Below are positions 1 through 9,540 of a DNA stretch of 32,000 nt, piece by piece. Source of the DNA: Candidatus Saccharimonadota bacterium (GTDB lineage: Bacteria > Patescibacteriota > Microgenomatia > UBA1406 > GWC2-37-13); assembly GCA_001790095.1 (NCBI GenBank), contig MGBH01000001.1, positions 390,001-422,000 on the forward strand. Reading direction: 5' to 3'. Numbering within the stretch: the first letter of the stretch is position 1; the number at the start of each line of letters is the position of its first letter. The position numbers and the translations under genes were made by a program. The notes under the pieces were generated by a model. That model was given only the letters and a program-made list of their open reading frames with translations. It was not told the DNA's origin and ran no database searches.

Positions 1-114
1 CACAAAAACTATATTTTTTACACTTTTTACTCCGATATATTTTTTGCTCCGTAATTTATTATGGAGTTCGGGAGAAGGAGGTCTTATTTTTTCAGTATCA
101 TGCAGGAAGAAAGA

Positions 115-1482
115 CTAGTAATAGCGATTGTGGATACTTGAGATAACAGAAATGACTATAAGATATAACATAAAAGTCAGCAATAACAAAAACCAACTAG
201 ATTTTGGTAACGGATAAACACGCTTTTTCAACTGGATAAAGCTAAACATTGCAAACGGTATAAGACTCAAAAAATATCTTCCTTGAGTGCCATCTATGAT
301 GAGTGATCCAACTATTTTCCAATTTAAATAAAAGATGGTCATCATAAATGTATAGGTAAGGAAAATACTTCCCAAGATGAGAAAAGATTGCCATTTCTCT
401 ATGCGACTTTTTTTATCCAGTTTGATCGTATACATGATATATATACCTACTACTATAAACAATATATATATCCACCAATCCATAGAATAATCAAGCCACC
501 CAAAAAGTCCTATAGCACCTTGTAGATGAAATTTAGTTAAACGAATGCTTGACTGAGTAAAATTCTGCAGATAATCAAATGGGTGACTCAGTATATATTG
601 GGTTTGAAGCACGGGATTTATCCCCTTGGGATGATGTGTGTAGCGGGAAGCAGATAAATAAAACGTAGACTTACTCAAAAAGTAAACAAGTAATATAATA
701 AATAAAACTACTCCGATTTTTTTTAGATATCTTGAAAATACCGTATCTATTTTTTTGTTTGGAATTAAAAAAACCAGAAGTAGCATTGGTTCAAAAGAAA
801 GCTTCATAATAAAAAAAAGAATAAAGGTAAAAGCTATAAGTGCTAGATCATATAAAGACAAAGTATTTTTTTGTAAAAGATTAAGTAACAAAACAAAAAG
901 ACTAAACCCCATCATATACTGCATGCTATCGTAGTTGTAACCAGTAATTTGATGGATCAACATGGGCAGTGAAAAAACAAATAATAGAATTGGCTTAAAC
1001 GGAGAGGGTGTTTTTCTAAACAAAAAAATAGTCCAAATGAAAACAAACAAAAACATAGTAAGTCTCCCCGTAAAAAAAGTAAGATACGCATTCAGATGAA
1101 AGAAACGAGCCAAAATAATGCCAAAGGCGTAGGGGATATAGGAAGAAGCTGGTAACATGAACTGTCCCCACGTAGACTCTCTCACCAATTGATAAGCTCC
1201 CCTATCTGCAAAGGGAGAGCGCACATACCACATGGGGTCAAACTTGATCTTTGGGTGATAGGGTATCTTATTTAGATGAGGGTCGTGTATAAGATCATAA
1301 TATTGTTTCTCAATAGGAAGCTCCACATCCTTATCAGTGAGAATAATTTTGCCGTGACTTAGTAGGATGCTTCGTATAAAATGACCGTGTTCATCGGGCT
1401 TTTGAAGAGGAGGAACAAGAAAGGTAAAAAAAAGACCTAAAACAAAAATATATGCGAAGACAATTTTTGCTGAAAAGCTCAT
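115..1482 (-). CDS. Polytopic integral membrane protein, probable GT-C-type glycosyltransferase (DUF2142-like)
   Basis: 455-aa ORF with ATG at 1480-1482 (minus). It has more than 10 hydrophobic helices. The first loop, VPPLQKPDEHGHFIRS, resembles the PDE..H signature I associate with DUF2142 membrane proteins. It sits in a glycosyltransferase cluster. Confidence 0.5.
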   Translation of the reverse strand: MSFSAKIVFAYIFVLGLFFTFLVPPLQKPDEHGHFIRSILLSHGKIILTDKDVELPIEKQYYDLIHDPHLNKIPYHPKIKFDPMWYVRSPFADRGAYQLVRESTWGQFMLPASSYIPYAFGIILARFFHLNAYLTFFTGRLTMFLFVFIWTIFLFRKTPSPFKPILLFVFSLPMLIHQITGYNYDSMQYMMGFSLFVLLLNLLQKNTLSLYDLALIAFTFILFFIMKLSFEPMLLLVFLIPNKKIDTVFSRYLKKIGVVLFIILLVYFLSKSTFYLSASRYTHHPKGINPVLQTQYILSHPFDYLQNFTQSSIRLTKFHLQGAIGLFGWLDYSMDWWIYILFIVVGIYIMYTIKLDKKSRIEKWQSFLILGSIFLTYTFMMTIFYLNWKIVGSLIIDGTQGRYFLSLIPFAMFSFIQLKKRVYPLPKSSWFLLLLTFMLYLIVISVISSIHNRYY

Positions 1483-1528
1483 TTTGTCCTATTATAACAG
1501 TTATAACCAGTATAATTATTATATAAGT

Positions 1529-2305
1529 ATGAGAAAAATTTCTCTTCTCATGATCACCAAGAACTCAGATACATTACTAGAACAATCGCTTCATTCGGTG
1601 ATGGATTTTATCGATGAAATCGTCATAGTAGATGATGGATCAACAGATGATACGTTATCCATTGCAAAAAAATACAAGGCAACCATTTATTCAAGACACA
1701 ACTTAGATCTAGGAAGTCAGAGAGCGTATGGACTTGAGAAATGTAGGGGAGAATGGATATTGATGCTTGACGCAGATGAGATCGTAACAGATGAGTTGTC
1801 ACAAGATATTAAACGCGTTATTTCAAATAACAGACTAAAAAGCAACACTGTAGGTTACTATATTCCTTACCAAAATCATTTTTTAGGTAAACCAATCTAT
1901 CATGGTGGGGAGAATTACAAGATTTTAAGATTATTTAAAAGAGAAGCTGCTGTTATTTTCAATAATGTCATTCACGAACATGTAAAAGTAAAGGGGATAA
2001 CTGCCCAACTGAAAGGTAAGATCTACCACTATTCTTATCAGAGTTTATACCAAACATATAAGAAGTTTACCGACTATGCCAGGCGTGAAGCGAAAAGAAA
2101 AGTTTTGTATGGGGAAAACACTTCCATTAAAAAAGTGATTCTTTATCCCCTCCATATGTTTTATGCCCGTTATATTAAAGATAAAGGATATAAAGATTAT
2201 TCACTTCGTTTTCTGCTTGATCTTGGATTTGCCTATATGGAGTGGTTGACTTACATTTTTATGTTCTTTTATAAGAATGAAAAGAAGAAAACCAAGAATA
2301 TATAG
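1529..2305 (+). CDS. Family 2 glycosyltransferase (WaaE/COG0463-like)
   Basis: Motifs ISLLMITKNSDTLLEQSL, IVIVDDGSTDDT and LMLDADE (DxD). It is a paralog of the ORF at 8777-9538. I chose the ATG at 1529 over the TTG at 1484 in the ORF track; the 15 Y/N-rich residues upstream look like translated AT-rich spacer. Confidence 0.8.
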   Translation: MRKISLLMITKNSDTLLEQSLHSVMDFIDEIVIVDDGSTDDTLSIAKKYKATIYSRHNLDLGSQRAYGLEKCRGEWILMLDADEIVTDELSQDIKRVISNNRLKSNTVGYYIPYQNHFLGKPIYHGGENYKILRLFKREAAVIFNNVIHEHVKVKGITAQLKGKIYHYSYQSLYQTYKKFTDYARREAKRKVLYGENTSIKKVILYPLHMFYARYIKDKGYKDYSLRFLLDLGFAYMEWLTYIFMFFYKNEKKKTKNI

Positions 2306-4540
2306 CCAGTTGACAATACTTACAAAAGCTGTTGAATAAAGGAAATTTGGTTTGTATACAAAATGTACGACATGAGTTCCCTGTTTTAAGAGTGCACTTT
2401 TAAATATTTTGTACTTCTGTATAGCTTCTTTTTTTCCATCTACATATGCGTTCCATCCAGGATAATACACATCAGTCAAGACTAGTCTTCCTGAGTGAGG
2501 AGATTCAACCCGCACTACAACTTTATTTGGTGTATATGAGGCAATGGTAGCTTTGCCGATCATCTCATTCTTTTCATTCAATACAAACACACGAGGGTAC
2601 ATCTTCAAATTTTTATACAAGTAGAATGTCCGTTCAATACGAGGGTCTGTGTATGCAAATACCATTTTGTATTGGTTATTTTTTTCAAGTTCATCTCTGT
2701 ATCTCCCTGCTGTTATAACATATTTAACTCCCAGCTCATCAAGCTCAGGCATACTTGGTCTTGGCAGAGTTATTCCTGTTGGGTCATCACTCTTTTTGTA
2801 TGAAATATAATCTGAATACTGTTTGTTTACGATTGATGCATACCCTGATACAATCTGAATTTCATGGAGCATATTGGTGTTTGCCTGGAAAAAGTCAAGG
2901 GCTTTTATGGCTTCACGGGGAAAATATGTGGGGTCAGTAAAAGGAGGTTTTGCACCAAGGTCAATCATCGTAAGCACTCGATAATTTGATTTATCTTTTT
3001 TTAAAAAATCGACTATTTTTCTTGGAGATTGCAACGCCTTTTCATCAAATACGATGTAATTATTACTGGAAAACATAAAAAGATCTGCTGCAACAAGCAA
3101 TATAAACAAAAGCTTATGAACAGGTAAAATGCATTTCTGCCTTTTTATTACATACAAAAAAAAAGAAAAAAGGAAAATAAATAAGAAAAGAACGGCTGCA
3201 TTGCTTATCCACAGATCAAATATAATATGCATGCGAGACTGAGAGTATTGAAAAAAGCGGTTTAAAAAAGATGTTTGGTGTAAATTGTTTATCCACTTGA
3301 TAAACAAAACAAAAGAGTTAAAAGAAGTAATGCGTGCAAGATAAAGAAAAATAAATAATATGAAAGACGTGATTACCGACACTCCGATAAGACGGTCTTT
3401 AAGCTTATCTTTTTTTTTCAATTCCTTGAATAGGTGTTCAAATCCATACCCAGAAAGTATAGATATAGAAAATGTATATAAAAAAAGAATAGAAGTTGGT
3501 GATCTAAAACGGGAAAAAAATGGCAAAATATAAAAGGCAGCAAGATAAAACGGTGAGTTTTTGCCAAGTGCTATTAAAAATGATATAGATCCTGCAAGGA
3601 AAAAAAATAGGACTGTGTCTTTTCGGTGTTTAGTCAGTATAAACAAGGACAATATAAGTGGGATAATGCCGACATATCCGTTTATATCAGCGGTCGCTCC
3701 CCATGAAGTACCACTTTTCATCACGCCAAAAAAATTAGGCAGTATGAGATGGATAAATGACACGACAGAAACAGATCCTGCGTAAAGTAAATCCTTTATT
3801 GGACGGGTAGAAAATGCAGTGTATTCCAAAAAAGGCACAAGTTGTACTGCAGATAGGAAAATAAATGGTATGTAAATAAATACAATATGTTTTATCTTTT
3901 CCTTTAAAGAAAAAGCCTGAAATAATATATATCCGAGAGAAAAAAGCGCAATATAATAGAAATACTGCACATGTCCTCCATAAAAAGATAAGGCAAGAAT
4001 GATAGATGCAAAAAGTGCGTATTTGATCTGTTTTTTTTGAAAAAGAAGCTCAAGTGTTATAAATAGAAGCGGCGTCCAAACGATGGTATTTAGTATAGCA
4101 GTGTTCATAGTATGAGTCATTACTGTGCCAGAAAACATAAATACCATTGCACTCAAAGAGGAAGCAAACAAGGAGAGTTTTTTTAGTCTTGCATACCAAT
4201 ACATGCAGATTCCAGCAAAAAGCACTTCAAGGACTATCGAGATGGTAAGTGCACGAAGAGGTGAAAGAAATGCATAAAATATGTTAAATGGCGACAGAAG
4301 ACCAAGGTTGATATCAGCTAAAAAAGGAGCACCCGAGAAAATGTATGGGTTCCAAAGTGGAAGCTGTCCTTGCTGTAACATCTTTAAAAGCAGTACCTTA
4401 CTTGGAACATTTATGGAGAGATTATCTCCTGCATAAAAAACACGACCTAAAAATAGTACATCGAAAAAAAACAACAAACCAACCAGTAACAAAAAAATCA
4501 CTGCAAGTTTATCTTTGTTCTTTACTGTCATGATGTCCAT
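2201..4540 (-). CDS. YfhO-family polytopic membrane protein (GT-C-like glycosyltransferase)
   Basis: 779 aa. The N-terminus, FFFDVLFLGRVFYAGDNLSINVPSKVLL..GQLPLWNPYIFSGAPFLADINLGLLSPFN, is typical of the YfhO family. It has about 12 or more TM helices, a soluble C-terminal domain and a terminal TM helix. Confidence 0.75.
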   Translation of the reverse strand: MDIMTVKNKDKLAVIFLLLVGLLFFFDVLFLGRVFYAGDNLSINVPSKVLLLKMLQQGQLPLWNPYIFSGAPFLADINLGLLSPFNIFYAFLSPLRALTISIVLEVLFAGICMYWYARLKKLSLFASSLSAMVFMFSGTVMTHTMNTAILNTIVWTPLLFITLELLFQKKQIKYALFASIILALSFYGGHVQYFYYIALFSLGYILFQAFSLKEKIKHIVFIYIPFIFLSAVQLVPFLEYTAFSTRPIKDLLYAGSVSVVSFIHLILPNFFGVMKSGTSWGATADINGYVGIIPLILSLFILTKHRKDTVLFFFLAGSISFLIALGKNSPFYLAAFYILPFFSRFRSPTSILFLYTFSISILSGYGFEHLFKELKKKDKLKDRLIGVSVITSFILFIFLYLARITSFNSFVLFIKWINNLHQTSFLNRFFQYSQSRMHIIFDLWISNAAVLFLFIFLFSFFLYVIKRQKCILPVHKLLFILLVAADLFMFSSNNYIVFDEKALQSPRKIVDFLKKDKSNYRVLTMIDLGAKPPFTDPTYFPREAIKALDFFQANTNMLHEIQIVSGYASIVNKQYSDYISYKKSDDPTGITLPRPSMPELDELGVKYVITAGRYRDELEKNNQYKMVFAYTDPRIERTFYLYKNLKMYPRVFVLNEKNEMIGKATIASYTPNKVVVRVESPHSGRLVLTDVYYPGWNAYVDGKKEAIQKYKIFKSALLKQGTHVVHFVYKPNFLYSTAFVSIVNWLYILGFLLFILIKEHKNVSQPLHIGKSKIKQKTK

Positions 4541-4594
4541 AGCATAAACGATAAGGTATTTTATATAATTGGATTAACTAAATCAACGCTTTAT

Positions 4595-5686
4595 ATGATT
4601 GCAACAAAACAAAAGATGATTCGCTTGGGAATTGATGGAGGAAGTCTTGTCCCCTCAAGAATGGTGAGGGGTGGGATTGAACGATTAGTTGATGCTTTTA
4701 TTAAGTCTCTTGCCCATCTTCACTCAACTGACAAATCATGGTTTTACTATTTTTTTTCTAATAAAAAAGAAAATTTTAAAAATGATATTTACTCACCAAA
4801 GCAGATTCCTGAAAAGTTGTATTCTACCGTTTTTCTTCCACTTTATATTTTTTTTGATAAAATTGACATATATCTTGGTTTTTCCGGTGTACTTCCTCAG
4901 CTGATCCGAGTGTTAAAGAAAAAAAGCATCATTTTTATACACGATCTTGCTTTTTATGAAACTCCTCAAAACTACAAAGACCCTGCTCGGATGAGATGGC
5001 AGACAGAATATGCTCTATTTGGTTCAGATAAAATAGTAGTTTTCTCCGATCATATAAAAAAACAGATTTTTACTCGATTTCCAACGATTAGAAAAGAAAA
5101 AGTAGTTCGTATCTATCCGGGAAGTGATCACATAAAAAAACAATACCAAACAATAAAAAACAAAGGTTTATATTTTCTTTATGTGGGAGTAATAAAAAAA
5201 GCTAAAAATATTGAGCACCTACTTGAGTGTTTTAATCTATTTTTGCTTAAAGCAAAGGATTTATCAGTTAAGTTAATACTTGTTGGATCCCGTGAAGAAA
5301 ACTACTACAGAACAATCATAGATTCACCCATATATCAAAAAACCAAAAATAATATTGTATTTGCCGGGACAGTAAGTGATGAAGAACTTGCAGGATATTA
5401 TAAAGGAGCAATTGCTGTTTTAAATGTGTCTTCTGATGAGGGATTTTGTTACCCCGTAATTGAGGGGCTTGTAATGGAGAAGCACGTCATAGTAAATGAC
5501 ATACCTTTATATAAGGAGTTTCAACCCTTTTTCCTTAATCTACACATTGAAAAAAACACCCTTGATTTTATCAGTCGTATGCATTCGGTCATGACACTTC
5601 CTAAACCAAAAAAACCAAACTCAAATCCATTTACTTGGAGTACGTTTACAAAGGAAGTATTACAGGTTATAGATAAACTCATATGA
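4595..5686 (+). CDS. Family 1/4 (GT-B) glycosyltransferase
   Basis: C-terminal Rossmann half: FLYVGVIKKAKNIEHLL, LILVGS, FAGTVSDEELAGYYKGAIAVLNVSSDEGFCYPVIEG (E-x7-E-like region). Its TGA stop overlaps the next start (ATGA at 5683-5686). Confidence 0.8.
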   Translation: MIATKQKMIRLGIDGGSLVPSRMVRGGIERLVDAFIKSLAHLHSTDKSWFYYFFSNKKENFKNDIYSPKQIPEKLYSTVFLPLYIFFDKIDIYLGFSGVLPQLIRVLKKKSIIFIHDLAFYETPQNYKDPARMRWQTEYALFGSDKIVVFSDHIKKQIFTRFPTIRKEKVVRIYPGSDHIKKQYQTIKNKGLYFLYVGVIKKAKNIEHLLECFNLFLLKAKDLSVKLILVGSREENYYRTIIDSPIYQKTKNNIVFAGTVSDEELAGYYKGAIAVLNVSSDEGFCYPVIEGLVMEKHVIVNDIPLYKEFQPFFLNLHIEKNTLDFISRMHSVMTLPKPKKPNSNPFTWSTFTKEVLQVIDKLI

Positions 5687-7626
5687 AAGTAGCCTTTATA
5701 GTGGTGTTGTTTCATACCGAACACCGCGAGGTTGAACGATTGAAGAGAGAGATTAAAAACATGAAGTTTAAAGACTACCACATATATTTTGTAGACAATA
5801 CCAGAAAAGGAAGGGGTTATGCATCAGGCGTAAATGAAGGCATACACAAAGCTATAAAAGATAACTCTGATCTATTTATATTATGTAACCCTGACATCTC
5901 GCTTAAATCACTTTCAGAAAAGGATGTTATGACGGGCGAAAAACATTTTGACATATGGGGTTTAGCGATGAAGCAAGAAAACGTCTTATATTATGGGGGA
6001 GAGATTGACAAGTGGCGGAAAAGCGGCGGGCTCATCCGGAAAAAGCCAAACTCAATATTTTTACCTGTTGATTTTGTGAGTGGGTCTTTCATGTGTGTAA
6101 ACCGAAAAACAGTAGAAAAGATTGGAATGTTTGATGAATCTTACTTCATGTATTATGAGGATGTTGATTACTGCGAAAGGGCAAGAAGAGCGAAACTACG
6201 TGTTGGCATAGATACAAAGCATTCATATCTCCATTTTGAATCATCAAAAACAAATAAAGGTAAAACATACTTGCTTGCTAAAAACAGGCTCAAATTTTTG
6301 TTCATGTATGGAGACTTTTTTCAAAAGATCAGAGAGTTTATCCGTATACCAAAGACTTTGATAGAGGAGAGGTCTTTGATATTTTATTTGTTGTTTCATT
6401 CACCGTTTCTAGCAAATTTTTTTAGTTTAAATATATCTGGGCTTATTTCCAAGTTTCTCAATTTGGTATTGTTCATATTTCTTGTTAGATTTCTTCCCAT
6501 AAGAGAATATGGGATTTATACGTTAGTCTGGGCCCATGTAAACATACTTTCACCACTTGTAGATTTTGGCACCACCTCATACGGTATGGTATATTTACCA
6601 AGAGAAAAAAAGGAGAAGGTTTTTTCGTTGTTTTCCATGCGCCTTATACTTTCCCTCATCATATTTGCCCTCACCATAGTTTTGGCTTATGTGTTTCATT
6701 ACCAAATATCGATAATTATCTACATTCTTCTCACTTCATTCGTCATTTTTTACAATACAACATCAGGTATGTATCTCATTATGTCTTCCATAGAAGAAAA
6801 GCTTGTCCATAATTCACTTATTTCAGTGTTAACTAATATTTTGATGATGGGATGTTTGGTGATGATAGTAATGCTTTTTAAAAAGATTCAATACGTCTTT
6901 TTCGCAATCTCTGTTTTTTATATTTTGTATACATTTTTTTACAGTTTGCTACTCAGGAAGATGGTTGGAAAATTTGTTTTGAAGATAGATATAAAAAGTT
7001 GGATCGATATAATAAAAAAATCCTACGTCTTTGTGTTGGTTAGTTTCTTTGCAGGTATATACTTCAAAATCGATGTGTTTATACTTAACTATCTCAAAGG
7101 AGCAGCGGCTGTTGGAGTTTATTCTTCAGGATACAAGTTTTTCGAAGCTATGATTATGCTAGCTTCAAGCTATAACACGCTTTCGGCACCCATATTTTCA
7201 AAGACTGCCTATGCAAACAAGCGACTACTTTTCGCAAAGGTAGTAAAGCATACGTTATTTCTCGGTACTATAGGGGGGGGTGTGGTATGTGCCACTCTTA
7301 TATTTGGATCTATAATTCTTCCTCACATACTAAAAGGCAATTATGAACAGGCAATCCCTGTTGTGAAGATCGTCATATGGGCTCTTCCCTTTATACTTTT
7401 TAACTCAGTGCTTTTAAATCTGCTTTATGCCTCAGATCTCACATCCATTGTTGTAGCATTATTTCTCGTGATGTCAATTGTAAACATTACGCTTAATTTC
7501 CTGTTTGTCCCTCAGTTTTCTTTTTTTGCCTCATCTTATATAACAGTATTTTCAGAGATTGTTAACTTACTTGTACTTATTGTCATTGTGTTTGTCATTT
7601 ACCGAAAAAAAATATTTTATGATTAA
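5683..7626 (+). CDS. Fusion protein: N-terminal GT2 (rhamnosyltransferase/COG1216-like) plus C-terminal MOP/Wzx-type polysaccharide flippase
   Basis: aa 1-~235 carry VAFIVVLFHT, YASGVNEGI and DESYFMYYEDVDYCERARRAKLRV. aa ~240-647 have about 12 TM helices, and the start, FLVRFLPIREYGIYTLVWAHVNILSPLVDFGT, is typical of Wzx/polysaccharide biosynthesis proteins. It is one uninterrupted frame. Confidence 0.7.
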   Translation: MKVAFIVVLFHTEHREVERLKREIKNMKFKDYHIYFVDNTRKGRGYASGVNEGIHKAIKDNSDLFILCNPDISLKSLSEKDVMTGEKHFDIWGLAMKQENVLYYGGEIDKWRKSGGLIRKKPNSIFLPVDFVSGSFMCVNRKTVEKIGMFDESYFMYYEDVDYCERARRAKLRVGIDTKHSYLHFESSKTNKGKTYLLAKNRLKFLFMYGDFFQKIREFIRIPKTLIEERSLIFYLLFHSPFLANFFSLNISGLISKFLNLVLFIFLVRFLPIREYGIYTLVWAHVNILSPLVDFGTTSYGMVYLPREKKEKVFSLFSMRLILSLIIFALTIVLAYVFHYQISIIIYILLTSFVIFYNTTSGMYLIMSSIEEKLVHNSLISVLTNILMMGCLVMIVMLFKKIQYVFFAISVFYILYTFFYSLLLRKMVGKFVLKIDIKSWIDIIKKSYVFVLVSFFAGIYFKIDVFILNYLKGAAAVGVYSSGYKFFEAMIMLASSYNTLSAPIFSKTAYANKRLLFAKVVKHTLFLGTIGGGVVCATLIFGSIILPHILKGNYEQAIPVVKIVIWALPFILFNSVLLNLLYASDLTSIVVALFLVMSIVNITLNFLFVPQFSFFASSYITVFSEIVNLLVLIVIVFVIYRKKIFYD

Positions 7627-8773
7627 AATTGCATTAGTTAGAGGAGCATATCTTAACAATTTTGAAGGTCAAAGTTATCAATTTGTTAATCCAAATAAAT
7701 ATAAGATCACCGGGGTATCATCCATGCGCTCGATACATAAAACATTTCCGTTTGAAGTGATAAGATTGCCAAGCTTCAACGACTGGAATGTGGCGAGGCG
7801 AATTGGTAGGGCGATTGCAAACAGGACTCTTGGTGACATCCAAAATTTATTCGGGTTGGAGAAGTATGCTTGCCGGTTTGACATTTTTCACACGGCTGAC
7901 CCTCATTATTATTACAGCTATCAATTGGCCATTCTGAGAAGTCAAAACAAAATAAAGAGGCTGCTTGTAACTTCGTGGGAGACTATACCGTTCAATAATG
8001 AATCAACCAGAGAAAAGAAAAGGAATAAACATTTTGTCTTAAAACAAACAGATCATTTTCTATGCTATACGGATAAAGCAAAGGAATGTCTTATAAGAGA
8101 AGGAATCGCTCCTTCAAAAATAACCGTTATAGAATTGGGAGTAAATCTACAAAAATTCAAACCATCAGATCATACAAGTCAGGCAAATTCTAAATCAAAA
8201 CATTCAAGAATTATTGAAATTTTGTTTGTTGGTAGACTGGTCGAGGAAAAGGGAGTAATGGATCTATATGCGGCATATAAAAATCTCAAATCTCAAATGT
8301 CAAATGTCAAATATGTCAAACTTCATTTTATTGGAGAGGGGCCCTTGGTTGGAAGATTAAACAATATGATTCTAAATGACGGATTAAAAAAATATGTAAT
8401 CATAGAGAGAGCATCTTATGAAAAAATGGCAAAGGTTTATCGTAGAGCTAATATATTTGTCTTACCATCACATCGAACAAATACCTGGGAGGAGCAATAT
8501 GGGATGGTACTAGTTGAAGCAATGGCGTCAGGTCTACCTATCATTGCTTATGATACGGGAGCAATAAAAGAGGTTGTAGGAAACGCTGGAATATATATCC
8601 ATGAGGGAGATGTAGGAGGGTTAACCTTTGCTATTGAGAATTTGATAAAGGATACGGACTTTCGCATAAAAGTTGGTACAATTGGAAGAGAGAGAGTGAA
8701 GCGAGAGTTTGATTGCAGAAAAACAGCAAAAAAGATAGAGAAGTTATATGAAAAATTATATCTGAAATTTTAA
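7619..8773 (+). CDS. Family 1/4 (GT-B) glycosyltransferase
   Basis: Motifs ILFVGRLVEEKGV, HFIGEGPL, ANIFVLPSHRTNTWEEQYGMVLVEAMASGLPIIAYDTGAIKEVV. The ATG at 7619 (MIKIALV) overlaps the previous stop (ATGATTAA). The TTG-extended start at 7559 lies inside the flippase CDS and was rejected. Confidence 0.85.
   Translation: MIKIALVRGAYLNNFEGQSYQFVNPNKYKITGVSSMRSIHKTFPFEVIRLPSFNDWNVARRIGRAIANRTLGDIQNLFGLEKYACRFDIFHTADPHYYYSYQLAILRSQNKIKRLLVTSWETIPFNNESTREKKRNKHFVLKQTDHFLCYTDKAKECLIREGIAPSKITVIELGVNLQKFKPSDHTSQANSKSKHSRIIEILFVGRLVEEKGVMDLYAAYKNLKSQMSNVKYVKLHFIGEGPLVGRLNNMILNDGLKKYVIIERASYEKMAKVYRRANIFVLPSHRTNTWEEQYGMVLVEAMASGLPIIAYDTGAIKEVVGNAGIYIHEGDVGGLTFAIENLIKDTDFRIKVGTIGRERVKREFDCRKTAKKIEKLYEKLYLKF
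8281..8320. repeat. TCAAAT-type short tandem motif embedded in frame in the GT4 CDS
   Basis: aaatctcaaatctcaaatgtcaaatgtcaaatatgtcaaa, translated KSQMSNVKYVK. The same motif family occurs at 20668-20695, 21432-21463, 25683-25735 and 26421-26520. Confidence 0.6.
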
Positions 8774-8776
8774 GGT

Positions 8777-9538
8777 ATGGACATAAGTGTAATAATTCTC
8801 ACCAAAAACGAAGAAAGAAATATCAAAAAGGCAATTAAATCTGTTTCATTTTGCAATGAAATTATAGTTATAGATGATGATTCAACTGACAAAACCATCG
8901 AACTAGCAAAAAGTGAGGGAGCAAAAGTTTATGAAAGAAAAAGTAATGGTGATTTTGCTGCACAAAGAAATTGGGCGATGGAGAAAGCCATACACGATTG
9001 GATACTCTATATAGATGCAGATGAAGCAATAAGCATAGAGTTAAGGAAAGAGATCGCGGATATAAAGATGAATTTTCAGCACTCTGCATATCTCATTAAA
9101 CGACGTGATTATTGGTGGAGTAGGGAGATGAAATACGGAGAAACACAGAAAGCAAGAAGCTATGGAATCATTCGTATGATGAAAAAAGGCAGTGGAACAT
9201 GGATGGGAAAGGTGCATGAGGAGTTTGAGGTCAAATCAGCGACTAATGAAACGCATAGACTAAATGGTTATATCGATCATTATCCCCACCCTACTCTGAG
9301 GGAATTCATTGAAGAAATAAATTATTACAGCAGTCTTAGGGCAAAAGAGCTTAAAGAACAAAAAATCGCTGCAAGCATTTTTAGCACAATTTTTTTTCCT
9401 TTTTTTAAGTTTATTCTTACCTATTTTTTATATCTTGGTTTCTTAGATGGTCCTCCTGGCTTTGCGTATGCGTTTATGATGAGCTTTCACTCCTTTTTGG
9501 TTCGTGCAAAGCTGTATCAGTATACAAAAATTGATTAA
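8777..9538 (+). CDS. Family 2 glycosyltransferase (WaaE/COG0463-like)
   Basis: Motifs ISVIILTKNEERNIKKAIKSV, IIVIDDDSTDKT, LYIDADE, and C-terminal YLGFLDGPPGFAYAF. It is a paralog of 1529-2305. Confidence 0.85.
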   Translation: MDISVIILTKNEERNIKKAIKSVSFCNEIIVIDDDSTDKTIELAKSEGAKVYERKSNGDFAAQRNWAMEKAIHDWILYIDADEAISIELRKEIADIKMNFQHSAYLIKRRDYWWSREMKYGETQKARSYGIIRMMKKGSGTWMGKVHEEFEVKSATNETHRLNGYIDHYPHPTLREFIEEINYYSSLRAKELKEQKIAASIFSTIFFPFFKFILTYFLYLGFLDGPPGFAYAFMMSFHSFLVRAKLYQYTKID

Positions 9539-9540
9539 AT

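Noticed and set aside
1-114. A possible gene fragment or terminator at the left edge
   Set aside because: There is no ORF of meaningful length in any frame and no convincing hairpin. The region is too short to call.
1484-1528. TTG-initiated N-terminal extensions proposed by the ORF track (1484, 7559, 14390, 21662, 30888)
   Set aside because: In each case an internal ATG gives an N-terminus matching the family consensus. The extensions overlap the upstream gene, spacer or SD, and they translate to low-complexity sequence.
2755-4533. Plus-strand small ORFs from the six-frame track (2755-2940, 3561-3785, 4345-4533) inside the YfhO-like gene
   Set aside because: They lie entirely antisense to a long ORF with clear family motifs, and their translations lack recognisable motifs. 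They look like chance antisense frames.
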